From: Campylobacterales bacterium
GTDB taxonomy: Bacteria; Campylobacterota; Campylobacteria; Campylobacterales; Hydrogenimonadaceae
Reading direction: 5' to 3'
Length of the DNA stretch: 64,000 nt
Assembly (NCBI GenBank): GCA_027065515.1
Contig: JAMOOM010000151.1
Coordinates: forward strand, 8,038 to 72,037
Both the position numbers and the translations under genes were made by a program. Position 1 is the stretch's first letter; each line of letters starts with the position of its first letter. The notes under the pieces are model-generated. The model worked only from the letters and a program-made list of their open reading frames with translations, was not told where the DNA came from and ran no database searches. Of this stretch, positions 1 through 10,111 are shown one piece after another.

Positions 1-738
1 GAATTTTTCGTTAAGACTCTGAGCGAAGGTGTCGCGACGATAGCCGCCACGGTCTATCCCAGGCCGTGTGTCGTGAGAATGAGCGATTTCAAGAGTAACG
101 AATATGCCTCTTTGCTTGGCGGAAAATATTTCGAGCCAAAAGAGGACAACCCGATGATCGGATTCCGCGGTGCAGCCAGATATTCGCATCCGGCTTACGA
201 GGAGGGGTTCGCTCTCGAGTGTGAGGCGATGAAGCGGGTGCGCGAGACTATGGGATTTGAAAATGTAATTTTGATGATCCCTTTCTGTCGCCGCGTCGAA
301 GAGGGAGAAAGGGTGCTGGATACGATGGCTAAAAACGGCCTGAAAAAAGGAGAGAGCGGCCTTGAAATATATGTAATGTGTGAAATACCAAACAATGTGA
401 TCCTTATAGACGATTTTTCGAAAATATTCGATGGCTTCAGTATCGGAAGCAACGATTTGACACAGCTGACACTGGGGGTGGATAGAGACAGTGAAATCGT
501 CTCTTTCGATTATGATGAAAGAGATCCGGGCGTCAAGAAGATGATAGAGATGGCAGTGGAGGGCGCCAAGAGAAACGATCGCCACAGCGGTATTTGCGGA
601 CAGGCGCCAAGCGATTATCCGGAAGTGGCGGAGTTTTTGGTGAAGCTGGGCATAGACTCCATGAGTCTAAATCCAGACAGCGTCCTTGGCACTATGCGCG
701 ACATTGTGGAACTCGAGAAAAAACTGGGAAGAATATAG
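1..738 (+). CDS. ppsA: phosphoenolpyruvate synthase, C-terminal part (5' end is upstream of the window)
   Basis: Frame 1 is open from base 1 ([35 protein letters not shown]...). It carries PEP-utilising-enzyme C-terminal motifs ([21 protein letters not shown]). Confidence 0.9.
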   Translation, partial: EFFVKTLSEGVATIAATVYPRPCVVRMSDFKSNEYASLLGGKYFEPKEDNPMIGFRGAARYSHPAYEEGFALECEAMKRVRETMGFENVILMIPFCRRVEEGERVLDTMAKNGLKKGESGLEIYVMCEIPNNVILIDDFSKIFDGFSIGSNDLTQLTLGVDRDSEIVSFDYDERDPGVKKMIEMAVEGAKRNDRHSGICGQAPSDYPEVAEFLVKLGIDSMSLNPDSVLGTMRDIVELEKKLGRI

Positions 739-739
739 A

Positions 740-1666
740 ATGAAAATTGCATTTTTTGAAACCAAGCCGGAAGAGAAAGAGTTTTTTTCGAAGCGCTTGA
801 GAGGGCACGATCTGTACTTTTTCAAAGGTACGATCAATGAAGAGCTCAAAGAGCCGCAAGATTACGAGATCGTGTCGGTGTTTGTCCATTCGCGCATAAA
901 CGACGATATTTTGGCGCTCCTTCCGAAGCTGCGATATCTGCAGACACGCTCTACGGGATACGATCATATAAAATGCAAAGAGCTCTACCGAAGAGATATT
1001 ATAGCCTCTAACGTGGCGGGATATGGCGGACCCGCGGTGGCGGAGTTTGCGTTTTCTCTGCTTTTGTGCGCTACGCGGCATACACATGTGGCGTTGCAGA
1101 GGAGCAAAGAGGGGATTTTCGAGTATCATGATCTCAAGGGAGTCGAATTGTACGGCAAGCGAGTCGGTATTCTTGGTTTGGGTACGATCGGTTCGCGAAT
1201 GGCTTACATGGCCAAGGGGTTTGGTATGGATATCAGCGCATGGTCCAGGAGTCGCAAGCCGATCGTGGATGAGCTCGGTATCGATTTTTGCGCTCTGGAT
1301 GAGGTGTTGCAAAAGAGTGATGTAATCATGATAGCGTTGCCCTTGACGCCTGAAACCAAGGATCTGATAAACAGCTCAAGAGCGGCGCTTTTGAAAAAAG
1401 AGGCGATCATCGTGAATGTCGCACGCGGAGAGATTATAGAAAAATCTCTCTATCGCTCTCTTCCCAACGTGCTCTGTCTGGATGTCACCGCCGACTTGCA
1501 ATCTGTAGTCCGGCCAAACGTTTTATATACGCCGCATATGGCCTACTACACGAAAGAGGCGCTGCAGCGGATCATGGAGATATCGTATGAAAATATCGCA
1601 GCTTTTATCGCAGGCAAGCCACTGCCAAACTGTTTGAAGGATATCTGCAAAAGAGATTATAGATAA
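740..1666 (+). CDS. D-isomer-specific 2-hydroxyacid dehydrogenase family protein
   Basis: ATG at 740 (MKIAFFETK) lies 1 nt after the ppsA stop. It has a GILGLGTIGSRMA NAD-binding Rossmann motif and typical family length. The ORF-track extension to 686 overlaps ppsA and was trimmed. Confidence 0.85.
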   Translation: MKIAFFETKPEEKEFFSKRLRGHDLYFFKGTINEELKEPQDYEIVSVFVHSRINDDILALLPKLRYLQTRSTGYDHIKCKELYRRDIIASNVAGYGGPAVAEFAFSLLLCATRHTHVALQRSKEGIFEYHDLKGVELYGKRVGILGLGTIGSRMAYMAKGFGMDISAWSRSRKPIVDELGIDFCALDEVLQKSDVIMIALPLTPETKDLINSSRAALLKKEAIIVNVARGEIIEKSLYRSLPNVLCLDVTADLQSVVRPNVLYTPHMAYYTKEALQRIMEISYENIAAFIAGKPLPNCLKDICKRDYR

Positions 1667-1696
1667 GAAGCATTTCTGAAACAAAAAGGATGAATC

Positions 1697-2602
1697 ATGA
1701 TACAGCAATGGCTGCCGGCGGATGTGCCGGCCGATAGCGAAGGAAAGTTTCTGGAAAATTTTGAAAAGAGCACAGGAGGAAGCGGACGCTTGATGCTTTT
1801 TGCTGGTGATCAGAAAGTGGAGCATCTGAACGATGACTTCTACGGCCCCGATATCCCAAAAGAAGACAACGACCCCGAGCATATGTTCAAGATAGCTTCC
1901 AGGGCCGATATAGGAGTGTTTGCCACGCAGATAGGACTCCTCAGCCGTTATGGACGCGACTATAAAAGCGTTCCGTATGTGGTCAAGATCAATTCCAAAA
2001 CCAATCTGATACCCTATTCACAAAAAGATCCATGGTCGCAGCAGTGGCTGGATGTGGACGATGTGGCGCGTTTTGCACGAAGTAGCGGATTGGATATCAG
2101 AGGTATCGGATATACGGTGTATCTGGGAAGCGAACATGAACACGCGATGCTCAAAGAGGCGGCACAAATCGTTCATGATGCACACGAACATGGTCTTTTG
2201 GCGATACTTTGGATCTACCCCAAAGGTAAATATGTGGAAGATGAGCACGATGCACATCTGATCGCAGGAGCTGCGGGCGTGGCAACCTGCCTGGGCGCCG
2301 ATTTTGTAAAAGTGAAAGTTCCATATACCAACGGGCGTTTCGATCCTGTTTTGTTGAGCGAAGCTACGACGGCTGCTGGACGCACCGGTGTTCTTTGTGA
2401 AGGGGGAGCCCGTATCGACGAAGCCGAATTTCTGGCTCAATTGCACGAGCAGATTCATATAGGGCACACTCGTGGAAACGGTACGGGGCGAAATATCCAT
2501 CAACGCCCGCTGGAAGAGGCGATACGCATGGCCAATGCCATATATGCCATTACCGTCAAAAACGCTTCGGTTGAAAAGGCGTTGGAGATATTGAAAACGT
2601 AG
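1697..2602 (+). CDS. class I (DhnA/FbaB-type) fructose-bisphosphate aldolase family protein
   Basis: 301 aa. Motifs LMLFAGDQKVEHL, GADFVKVKVP (Schiff-base Lys region) and GRNIHQ are typical of DeoC/LacD-superfamily class I aldolases. Confidence 0.75.
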   Translation: MIQQWLPADVPADSEGKFLENFEKSTGGSGRLMLFAGDQKVEHLNDDFYGPDIPKEDNDPEHMFKIASRADIGVFATQIGLLSRYGRDYKSVPYVVKINSKTNLIPYSQKDPWSQQWLDVDDVARFARSSGLDIRGIGYTVYLGSEHEHAMLKEAAQIVHDAHEHGLLAILWIYPKGKYVEDEHDAHLIAGAAGVATCLGADFVKVKVPYTNGRFDPVLLSEATTAAGRTGVLCEGGARIDEAEFLAQLHEQIHIGHTRGNGTGRNIHQRPLEEAIRMANAIYAITVKNASVEKALEILKT

Positions 2603-2604
2603 TA

Positions 2605-3258
2605 TCAACTTGTTTGCATCCAGAGCCCCTTGATACCTTCCACAATAAACTGCGCTGCTATTGCACCGACGATAAGTCCCATAATTCTTGTTAGGATCTT
2701 CGTTCCGGTCACCCCGAGAAAGCGGTATATGACGCCGGCATACCGAAGTGAGAAATAGACAATCGCGGTCGAGAGCAGTATGGATAGTGCAATCAGCGCA
2801 TAACTTACGATGACGCCGAAAATTTTTGTGTCTGCATGATTCAGTACTATGATCATCGCTATGACACCGGGCCCAAAAAGGATGGGTATTCCCAATGGAA
2901 TGATGGAAATATCCTCTTTTTCCTGAGCCTCATCTCTCTCTTCCGGTGTGTGTCGGGATGCGCTTCCATGTCCGTAAGCCATATTTATGGCAATCATCAT
3001 CAAAATAATTCCGCCGATTACCTTGATAGAAAGAACACTGATGCCAAAAAAATGGAAGATGAATTCCCCTGTGAAAAGTGTCGCTAGTGAGGCTATTAGA
3101 ATGGTTAGTGTCGTTCGTTTGGCGATATGCCGTATGACGGCAGGGGTTGTGGGCGAAATCATCGATAGCATTATGCTTGCGGCAGCGATTGGATTAAAAA
3201 TTGTGACGAGGGCGATCGTATCGTGAAGCATAGTCGAAATATATACATCATAGTTCAT
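2605..3258 (-). CDS. MarC-family integral membrane protein
   Basis: Start trimmed to ATG at 3258 (MNYDVYIS), preceded by AAGGAAAA. It is multi-TM with the FNPIAAA motif near the N-terminus and overlaps the upstream MscS gene end by 11 nt. Confidence 0.75.
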   Translation of the reverse strand: MNYDVYISTMLHDTIALVTIFNPIAAASIMLSMISPTTPAVIRHIAKRTTLTILIASLATLFTGEFIFHFFGISVLSIKVIGGIILMMIAINMAYGHGSASRHTPEERDEAQEKEDISIIPLGIPILFGPGVIAMIIVLNHADTKIFGVIVSYALIALSILLSTAIVYFSLRYAGVIYRFLGVTGTKILTRIMGLIVGAIAAQFIVEGIKGLWMQTS

Positions 3259-5089
3259 GAGATTTTCCTTTTTTTGTGATATCGTTTTGGGTTTTAAGCT
3301 CCAGAGAAATTTTATCGTCCACCGAGCGTATATGAATATCGCGTTGCGGAAAAGGAATTTCGATATTGGCTTCGTACAGAGCATCGTAAATAAGCATGAG
3401 AAAACGTGATTTTGTGCGGAGTGGATAGAGAATCTCTCCTCCTTTTATCCAGACGAAGAGTTCAAAATCGACACTGCTTTCGTTCATGCCAACCATAATG
3501 ACGCGGGTATAGCGTACAGAATCGGAGTAGATATCGCCAAAGCCACTCTTTTTGACTGCCTCTTTGATTATGCCCGCCACTTTGTGAACATCGTTGCCAT
3601 ATGCGACACCAAAGGGGATGCGAAATCTTTTTATTCTGTCGTTCATGGTCCAGTTGACGACACGGTTTTGCACAAGATCCTGATTTGGTATGATGATATC
3701 GATATTGTCGTTGGTGGTGATGGTCGTAGAGCGCATACGGATATCTCCGACATGTCCGCGTAAATTTTCGTCTATTTCGATGTAGTCTCCGATCTTGATC
3801 GTGTGCTCGAACATCAAGATCAGGCCTGAAACGAAATTGGATACGATGTTTTGTAAACCAAAACCTATACCCACAGATAGCGCTCCAGCTACGAGTGCGA
3901 TAGACGAGAGATTGATTCCCATGACATTGAGGGCGATGAAAAATGCGATGATGACGATCGCATAGTGGCCAAGATTTGACAGCAGCGTCTGGGTGGATTG
4001 AGTTAGCGTACTGTTTTTGTAGGCGAGGCGTTTGATGCTTTTTTTGTAGAGCCATCCGATAATGGTGCCGGCATAAAAGATGAAGATGGCCATAAAGAGC
4101 TTGAAAGCGCTGATTGGCGTACCGTTTATGGTGAAAAGTGGAGTGTTTATCTTTTGCCAAAAAAGAGACACCATCCGTTTCATCTCTTCGAGCGTTGCCC
4201 CTTTGATCGTCTCGGCTTTACCTAAAATCGCAGTCTCCATAGTGTTGAAAAGGGAACGGAAATCTTCCTGGACATCTTTTGGATAATGGATCTTTATGAT
4301 ATCCATAATCTCTTTTTGGAGCCTGAATACATCGGATTTTCTTTTATCGTGAAGGGCAGCCGAAAAGTCCACGAAAAGTTCGGTTAGTTTGCTGTTTATC
4401 AATTTTCGTTTTTTCGCTTTCAAAAGATCTATCTGCCTGTCGATCCGTTTGACGCCGCTGCTTCTTCCGAGCAGATCGAGCCGCTCTCTTTCGACATCGA
4501 GTTTCTGTATCTCCTTTTCCAGCTTTTCAAGAGATCTATCCAGCTTTCGAACTCTTTCGCGGGCGGCTTCCACATCGAAAGCGAGCTGTTTGACCCCTTC
4601 TATGAAAAGAGGAGCCGCTTTCGAGATAGCTTCTTCATAACGATCGAGTTTTTGCAAATATAACAATTTGCTTTTGAGATAAAATGCATACTGAAGCTGT
4701 AGTGTCAAAAGATCCGGTGAATCCGCTCTCTCTTTTTTGAGTTGATCGGCCGTCATGCCCAATTTGTTTTCGATCGATTCGACAGCTTTTTTGGCCCTGG
4801 ATTTGGATAGGGACCACTCGACAAACATACGGGTCAGATCCCGATACGCTTTTTCATCGGATGGGGCTTTGATTTTGATTTTTTCTACGGGCGGGTTTTT
4901 GGAGATATTGATCAATTTGTACAAAAGTGCCTGTTGCAAAGCTTTCGTATCGTCCATTCGTCCCTCTTTTTTCAGAGTGGCCAGCAAGGACTCGTAAATT
5001 TTGACATTGCCTCGCGCTATCGTGCTGTTTATGTCGGCCCCCCATAAAAAAAGAGAAAGAAGAATAAAAGCGGTGATATATCTTTTCAT
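3248..5089 (-). CDS. large mechanosensitive channel of the MscS family (MscK-like, periplasmic coiled-coil N-domain)
   Basis: 613 aa. It has an N-terminal signal peptide, a long charged helical region, then TM helices and the MscS beta-domain (GDYIEIDENLRGHVGDIRMRSTTITTNDN). Confidence 0.85.
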   Translation of the reverse strand: MKRYITAFILLSLFLWGADINSTIARGNVKIYESLLATLKKEGRMDDTKALQQALLYKLINISKNPPVEKIKIKAPSDEKAYRDLTRMFVEWSLSKSRAKKAVESIENKLGMTADQLKKERADSPDLLTLQLQYAFYLKSKLLYLQKLDRYEEAISKAAPLFIEGVKQLAFDVEAARERVRKLDRSLEKLEKEIQKLDVERERLDLLGRSSGVKRIDRQIDLLKAKKRKLINSKLTELFVDFSAALHDKRKSDVFRLQKEIMDIIKIHYPKDVQEDFRSLFNTMETAILGKAETIKGATLEEMKRMVSLFWQKINTPLFTINGTPISAFKLFMAIFIFYAGTIIGWLYKKSIKRLAYKNSTLTQSTQTLLSNLGHYAIVIIAFFIALNVMGINLSSIALVAGALSVGIGFGLQNIVSNFVSGLILMFEHTIKIGDYIEIDENLRGHVGDIRMRSTTITTNDNIDIIIPNQDLVQNRVVNWTMNDRIKRFRIPFGVAYGNDVHKVAGIIKEAVKKSGFGDIYSDSVRYTRVIMVGMNESSVDFELFVWIKGGEILYPLRTKSRFLMLIYDALYEANIEIPFPQRDIHIRSVDDKISLELKTQNDITKKGKSHEL

Positions 5090-5655
5090 TTCGAATCCTC
5101 ATTGTTCGAGAAAAATATCAGAATAAAAGCGGCAAATATGAAGAGGACGGCAAATATATTTTTCTGGGCGAAAAGTATGAGATTGATGGCGGAATCTCCA
5201 AAAAAGTAACCTATGGATACGAATGCAAAAGCCCAAAGCACAATCCCGATCAAATCGAAAAGCAGAAATTTGAAAAAATCGTAGCCAGACATCCCTATGG
5301 TCAGCAGTATGGGGATGTGTGTGCCGTAGATGAATCTCTCGAAAACGATCACAAAAGCCCCCCATTTTTTGAGCCAAGCTATGGCGGCCCTCTTTTTTTT
5401 GGGATGTGCATCGAGCCATTTTCGAGCCCGCTTTTCAAAAAGCCTGCCTATGAAAAACACGACCAAATCTCCGATGGCCGCACCTGCCATCGCCACCATG
5501 ACAACATTTTCGTAGGTGAATACACGATGCTCGGAAGCCAGCCATCCGGCCAGCATAAGCCCGATCTCTCCTTCGAGTACACTCCATATAAAAAGCGCGA
5601 TATATCCATGCGCTAGAAGCAAGTGAACCGGAAACGAGAAAATATCTACGACCAT
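5086..5655 (-). CDS. DedA/SNARE-associated family membrane protein
   Basis: 189 aa with DedA-type TM pattern and conserved G/R residues (FFIGRLFEKRARKWL). A 4-nt ATGA overlap joins it to the MscS gene. Confidence 0.8.
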   Translation of the reverse strand: MVVDIFSFPVHLLLAHGYIALFIWSVLEGEIGLMLAGWLASEHRVFTYENVVMVAMAGAAIGDLVVFFIGRLFEKRARKWLDAHPKKKRAAIAWLKKWGAFVIVFERFIYGTHIPILLTIGMSGYDFFKFLLFDLIGIVLWAFAFVSIGYFFGDSAINLILFAQKNIFAVLFIFAAFILIFFSNNEDSK

Positions 5656-5996
5656 TGCGCTCTTGCCTTTTCATCGATTTTGATGTTGTGCGTTTTATGG
5701 GCGCCGCCCGCGAGGTAGGCGAATTGTCTGCCCGCAGCTTTTTGTGAGCGTTTACGCTCTTTTTGTAAAACGCAGAATATCGGTCATATTGTAGCATTTT
5801 GCCGTCCGCTTGGATTTCAAGACTTCCTGTTTTGTATCATTATGCTTGAATGATGAAATACAAAATTATGAACGATAGCAGCCGATAAACGCTTTTGTGC
5901 TCTTGCCTTGCCTGCATGCCTCGAGTGTGCCTCCAAAAAGGTGTTCGTAGAGCTAAAAAGTATTATAATGGGTAAAACGCTTTAGGAGCTTTATGG

Positions 5997-7337
5997 ATGA
6001 AAAGAGTTATTGTGGCTACACTGTTTCTTGTTATTGGGATGTTGCTGGTATGGGTGGTTTTTGAGCCCAAGATAGCTCCTTATTATATGCAGCTTACGCA
6101 AGCGCGCGTGGGGCTTGAAAAAGATTTGCAGCCACCATCGCAGAAAGAGGCATCTTTTGTGGGTTCCGCTACATGCAAAAAGTGTCATGAAAAACGATAC
6201 GATCACTGGAAACATTCGCGGCACAGCAAAATGATTCAGGATATAAAAAAAGACCCAAAAGTTGTAGTGGCCGACTTTTCCAAGCTTCCAAAGGATGCCG
6301 ATTTCACACTCGAAGAAGCGGTATATACCATAGGAGGCAAATTCAAGCAGCGCTATATGATCGAGGCCGTGATAGATGGCAAAAAGGATTTCAGACTGGG
6401 GAATTATCAGTGGAATGTGCAGACGGGCAAATGGCAGCGCTTCAAGCCGTGGAAATATTGGTATCACGATGCTTATCCTCACGACAACCACAAATTTCCG
6501 ACTTCAAATACCTGCGACGGCTGCCATTTTACCGGATTTATGGCGATCGGAAAAAGAGTCGAGCCATCTATTGCATGTGAAAACTGTCATGGGCCGGGAT
6601 CCAACCATGCAAAAGACCCAGAAAACCCTCTCTATAAAGCCAGCCTGCATGATCCGATACGTGCCAATGAAGTCTGTCTGCAGTGTCATATGCGCAATCG
6701 GGACAAGCGGCTGGAGAAAGACCCCGACATCAGAAAGCTCTGGATGAAAGCGAAAGATTATCCCGCAGGCTACGAACCCGGCAGAGCACTTATAAAGTAT
6801 AAGCTTGCGGCCCCATTTATTTCAGGACGTGAAACGAAGGAGTTTTGGCCAAATGGCGCGGCCAAAAAGAATCGCACCCAGGGCAACGAGTTCGTCAAAG
6901 ATGCAATGTATCAACATGGTATAACCTGCATAAACTGTCACGATCCCCATAAGCTTACCAACACCGCCGACAAACCCGAAGGCAATGCCGCCTGCATGAA
7001 GTGTCACGGCTTCAATTCCATTATCGGACCTCATCAGGCCTCTCTTGAGGCGCATACCCACCATAAAGCCTCATCCAAAGGCTCGAAATGTATAGAGTGT
7101 CATATGCCAAAGACAGGGCGACACACCGGTAAATCGCCCCTGACCGTCAGGTCTCATATGTTCAGGTTCGTTTCGCCCGCCGAGACCAGAGCGTACGGTA
7201 TGCCCCCCGAAACCAATGCCTGCTACGCATGCCATAGAGACAAAAGCCTGGATCGCCTGCAAAAATCACTAGATGCATGGGGAGAGAACCAGTGGGCAAC
7301 CCAGGAGATACTGAGCCATTACCTGCTTGAAAAGTGA
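5997..7337 (+). CDS. membrane-anchored octahaem c-type cytochrome (c554/NrfA-superfamily-like)
   Basis: Eight CXXCH motifs (CKKCH, CDGCH, CENCH, CLQCH, CINCH, CMKCH, CIECH, CYACH). It has an N-terminal hydrophobic anchor (VATLFLVIGMLLVWVVF) and an AGGAG RBS 8 nt upstream. Confidence 0.85.
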   Translation: MKRVIVATLFLVIGMLLVWVVFEPKIAPYYMQLTQARVGLEKDLQPPSQKEASFVGSATCKKCHEKRYDHWKHSRHSKMIQDIKKDPKVVVADFSKLPKDADFTLEEAVYTIGGKFKQRYMIEAVIDGKKDFRLGNYQWNVQTGKWQRFKPWKYWYHDAYPHDNHKFPTSNTCDGCHFTGFMAIGKRVEPSIACENCHGPGSNHAKDPENPLYKASLHDPIRANEVCLQCHMRNRDKRLEKDPDIRKLWMKAKDYPAGYEPGRALIKYKLAAPFISGRETKEFWPNGAAKKNRTQGNEFVKDAMYQHGITCINCHDPHKLTNTADKPEGNAACMKCHGFNSIIGPHQASLEAHTHHKASSKGSKCIECHMPKTGRHTGKSPLTVRSHMFRFVSPAETRAYGMPPETNACYACHRDKSLDRLQKSLDAWGENQWATQEILSHYLLEK

Positions 7338-7346
7338 GCGGGTATA

Positions 7347-7378
7347 GGGCAATTTGCTTCCATTGGGGCAAATTGCCC
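7347..7378. terminator. 11-bp perfect hairpin between convergent genes (possible bidirectional terminator)
   Basis: GGGCAATTTGC (7347-7357) pairs with GCAAATTGCCC (7368-7378). It lies between the cytochrome stop (7337) and the sppA stop (7403). No clear U-tract on either side. Confidence 0.45.
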
Positions 7379-7402
7379 GGATACGCTCTTTGGAGGTGCC
7401 CT

Positions 7403-8332
7403 TTAGCGAATCAGCCAGCTTTTGAGTTGATTGGCGAATGTTATGGCCGAGTTTTGCGCCAGATTTTCGATATACTCTTCCAATTTGCTTTTTTCTTTCC
7501 AGTGCGCCTCTTTTACGCCGCTGAGCTTTTTCGTTATATCTTTTGCATCTTCTATCGATCCGATTTCATCTATAAGACCTACTTTTTTCGCCTTTTCCGA
7601 GATGAAAATCCGAGCATCGGCGAATTTTTCGGGATGTTTGGCATCCAGGTGGCGGGCATTTGCCACATCCTGAATAAAAAGATGATATATATCAAGCACA
7701 TGTGTTTCGATCTCTCTTCTTTCGTCCGGCGTCCATTCGCGAAATGGCGTACCTGCCTCTTTGTATTTACCGGCCTTGACTACTTGCGGCTTGATTCCCA
7801 GTTTGTCGGCAAGTCCTTTTATGTTCAGCCCCTCCATGATGACCCCGATCGATCCGATCGTAGCAGCAGGATTGGCTACTATTTTGCTGCTCCATATCGA
7901 TGCGTAGTAGCTGCCGCTGGCCATCGTGCCGGCAGCGTACGCCACTACCGGTTTTTTGGCTCTTAGCCGTTTGATGGCCATGGATATCTCCACGGAGGGT
8001 GCCACGGCGCCGCCTGGCGAATCCACAATGAAAAGCACCCCCTTGATCGATTTTTCCTTGCGCAGATCCGTAATCTCTTTTACCAGTTTGCCGGCATTCA
8101 TGATCGGGCCTGAAAGATTCAGTATGGCCAGATTGGGCGGCTTGACCGACTCGCTGCCAATTGGCGCGAAAAGAAGCAGGAGTATCAACAAGAAAAGCAG
8201 GGATTTGAAATATTTCTGAAAGAAATCGAGCGTAGATGTGATTGGCGAAAAAAGCTGTCCAAAAAAGCTGGAAACTCTCTTTTTGTCGGAAGCGGTATCG
8301 GCGTTTGGGTTATCTTTCTCATTTGATGGCAT
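7403..8332 (-). CDS. sppA: signal peptide peptidase SppA, 36K type
   Basis: 309 aa with an N-terminal TM segment and the ClpP/crotonase-fold motif VDSPGGAV containing the catalytic Ser region. Confidence 0.85.
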   Translation of the reverse strand: MPSNEKDNPNADTASDKKRVSSFFGQLFSPITSTLDFFQKYFKSLLFLLILLLLFAPIGSESVKPPNLAILNLSGPIMNAGKLVKEITDLRKEKSIKGVLFIVDSPGGAVAPSVEISMAIKRLRAKKPVVAYAAGTMASGSYYASIWSSKIVANPAATIGSIGVIMEGLNIKGLADKLGIKPQVVKAGKYKEAGTPFREWTPDERREIETHVLDIYHLFIQDVANARHLDAKHPEKFADARIFISEKAKKVGLIDEIGSIEDAKDITKKLSGVKEAHWKEKSKLEEYIENLAQNSAITFANQLKSWLIR

Positions 8333-9548
8333 GTTGTTTTCCTTTGATGTATAGTCGATCTACATTGTCTGTATGGAGGATAGCCTCAAGAACCACTTGA
8401 TCGGCGCTTTTTAGTTTCGACGGAAGAGTCACGACGGCTATATCGGCACTCATTCCTTCAGCGATTCGCCCGATCGGCAGATTCAGTGCGCAGGCGGCTA
8501 TGGACGTGCAGGCTCGTAACAGCGAGATAGCCAGTTTTCTCAGATCCTCATCGTGATGCATCATCAAAGCTGCCCGCATTTCGTCCCAGAGGCTGAGTGA
8601 AGTGTTGGAGCTTAGGCCGTCAGTGCCAAGAAGGCAGCCGATTCCCCTTTTTTGCAGCCTCTGGATCGATAGACGTCCGCATCCAAGAAGGCGGTTCGAG
8701 CGGGGACAGTGCGTTATGGTGTGGCCTGCATCGGCGATCTTGTCAAGAAGAGCATCGTCTGCTTGCACGGCATGGGTCAGCAGTACCCGTTTTCCCTTAA
8801 ACTGAGAAAGAAACTCTCCTGGTGTGGCAAGAGGCCTGTTTTGTTTCAGGAGATTTTCGAAAAACGGTTTAAAATCCCCTTCTCCTTTTTCAAGCCACTC
8901 TTTTTCGGCAGGCGACTCCATGAAATGGGCTGTCAAGAGCAAATCGCCATGCTCTTTGAGTATCTTTTTGATCAGGATGGGATGGACGGAATAGGCCGAA
9001 TGTATAGCTACGGCAGGTACGAATTTTTCGTTTGCAAGCTTCATGCTCTCGTGGAGCCTGGCTGAAAAATCATGATACAGTGCATCTACGGCGGCAGGCT
9101 GGGAGCCGATGGCTTCGTTGAAATATACGACACGCTGGGGCGCTGCATGGCAGGCGCGCATATCTTTCCCATAGCTGCTCACCGCTCCAAATGTGGTGAT
9201 TCCGCTTTGTGCCATCGCGTCGATCTGCTTTTTGTAGCAGGAGGCCCGGCAAGACTCCACGATCGTCTCCCGATGTGCGATGACACTTTGAAGCCAACCC
9301 ATGAAATCGCCATATTCGAGCTCCGTCGTGTGTGCTCCAAACTCGAGATGCACATGGGGGTTTACAAGCCCGGGTATGATAATCGTGTCTGCCTCGAAAC
9401 GCTCTATCGGTACATCGGGAAAGCGGGTTTCTAAAATTTCGGCAGAGCCCGTAGCGACGATATTTCCATCTTTTTCGTCGAAAGCGACAGCCATGTTTTC
9501 AACGATATTTTCCCCATCAAACAGCCATCTGCCGGCAAGTATTTTCAT
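8319..9548 (-). CDS. amidohydrolase-superfamily metallohydrolase (chlorohydrolase / aminodeoxyfutalosine-deaminase-like)
   Basis: 409 aa with an HVHLEF metal-binding motif near the N-terminus and TDGLSSN near the C-terminus. It sits next to sppA and aroQ, as in Campylobacter/Helicobacter. Confidence 0.7.
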   Translation of the reverse strand: MKILAGRWLFDGENIVENMAVAFDEKDGNIVATGSAEILETRFPDVPIERFEADTIIIPGLVNPHVHLEFGAHTTELEYGDFMGWLQSVIAHRETIVESCRASCYKKQIDAMAQSGITTFGAVSSYGKDMRACHAAPQRVVYFNEAIGSQPAAVDALYHDFSARLHESMKLANEKFVPAVAIHSAYSVHPILIKKILKEHGDLLLTAHFMESPAEKEWLEKGEGDFKPFFENLLKQNRPLATPGEFLSQFKGKRVLLTHAVQADDALLDKIADAGHTITHCPRSNRLLGCGRLSIQRLQKRGIGCLLGTDGLSSNTSLSLWDEMRAALMMHHDEDLRKLAISLLRACTSIAACALNLPIGRIAEGMSADIAVVTLPSKLKSADQVVLEAILHTDNVDRLYIKGKQHAIK

Positions 9549-9628
9549 CCATTATCCGTTTTTAGCGGATATTATGTCAAAAAAAGGTAAAATATTGAAT
9601 TAAGACTTCAATATTCAAAGGAAAAAGA

Positions 9629-10111
9629 ATGAAAATAATGGTTATCCAAGGACCCAATCTGAATATGCTGGGCGTTAGAGAACAGAATGTGTACGGCCCG
9701 ATGAAGCTGGAGCAGATTCATGAGCAGATGCGTGCTTTTGCGGAGCAAAATGGTGTCGATATCGAATTTTTCCAAAGCAACCTGGAGGGTGAAATAGTCG
9801 ACAAGGTCCAAGAGTGCCTTGGCGATGCCGATGGTATCATCATCAACCCCGCGGCATATACGCACACTTCCATCGCGATTCGCGATGCGATATCCGCCGT
9901 TGCGCTACCTGCGATAGAAGTGCATATCTCCAATATCCATGCCCGTGAAAAGTTTCGCCAAAAGAGCCTGATCGCACCTGTTTGTGCGGGGCAGATCACC
10001 GGATTTGGACCTTTTGGATACCACATGGCGATGGTCGGCATGATCCAGATTTTAAACGAAGTCAAGGCTATGCGGGAGATGCAACAGCAGCAAGAGGCTT
10101 CCCAGGCGTGA
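9629..10111 (+). CDS. aroQ: 3-dehydroquinate dehydratase, type II
   Basis: 160 aa. [18 protein letters not shown]..., [12 protein letters not shown] and [11 protein letters not shown] are hallmark AroQ motifs. Confidence 0.95.
   Translation: MKIMVIQGPNLNMLGVREQNVYGPMKLEQIHEQMRAFAEQNGVDIEFFQSNLEGEIVDKVQECLGDADGIIINPAAYTHTSIAIRDAISAVALPAIEVHISNIHAREKFRQKSLIAPVCAGQITGFGPFGYHMAMVGMIQILNEVKAMREMQQQQEASQA

Noticed and set aside
5746-5765. Short hairpin GAGCG-TTTA-CGCTC followed by TTTTTG on the plus strand, in the dedA/cytochrome intergenic region. It could be an sRNA terminator.
   Set aside because: The stem is only 5 bp, there is no plus-strand gene or convincing promoter upstream, and the evidence is insufficient.
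5435-5797. 120-aa highly basic ORF spanning the dedA 5' end and the upstream intergenic region.
   Set aside because: It overlaps dedA out of frame, has an arginine-rich, low-complexity composition and has no RBS.
5997-7337. Octahaem cytochrome as an epsilon-Hao (hydroxylamine-oxidoreductase-type) nitrite reductase.
   Set aside because: HAO-family proteins have two CXXCH motifs only a few residues apart (haems 4 and 5). The eight motifs here are all well separated, so the haem spacing does not fit. The family is left open.
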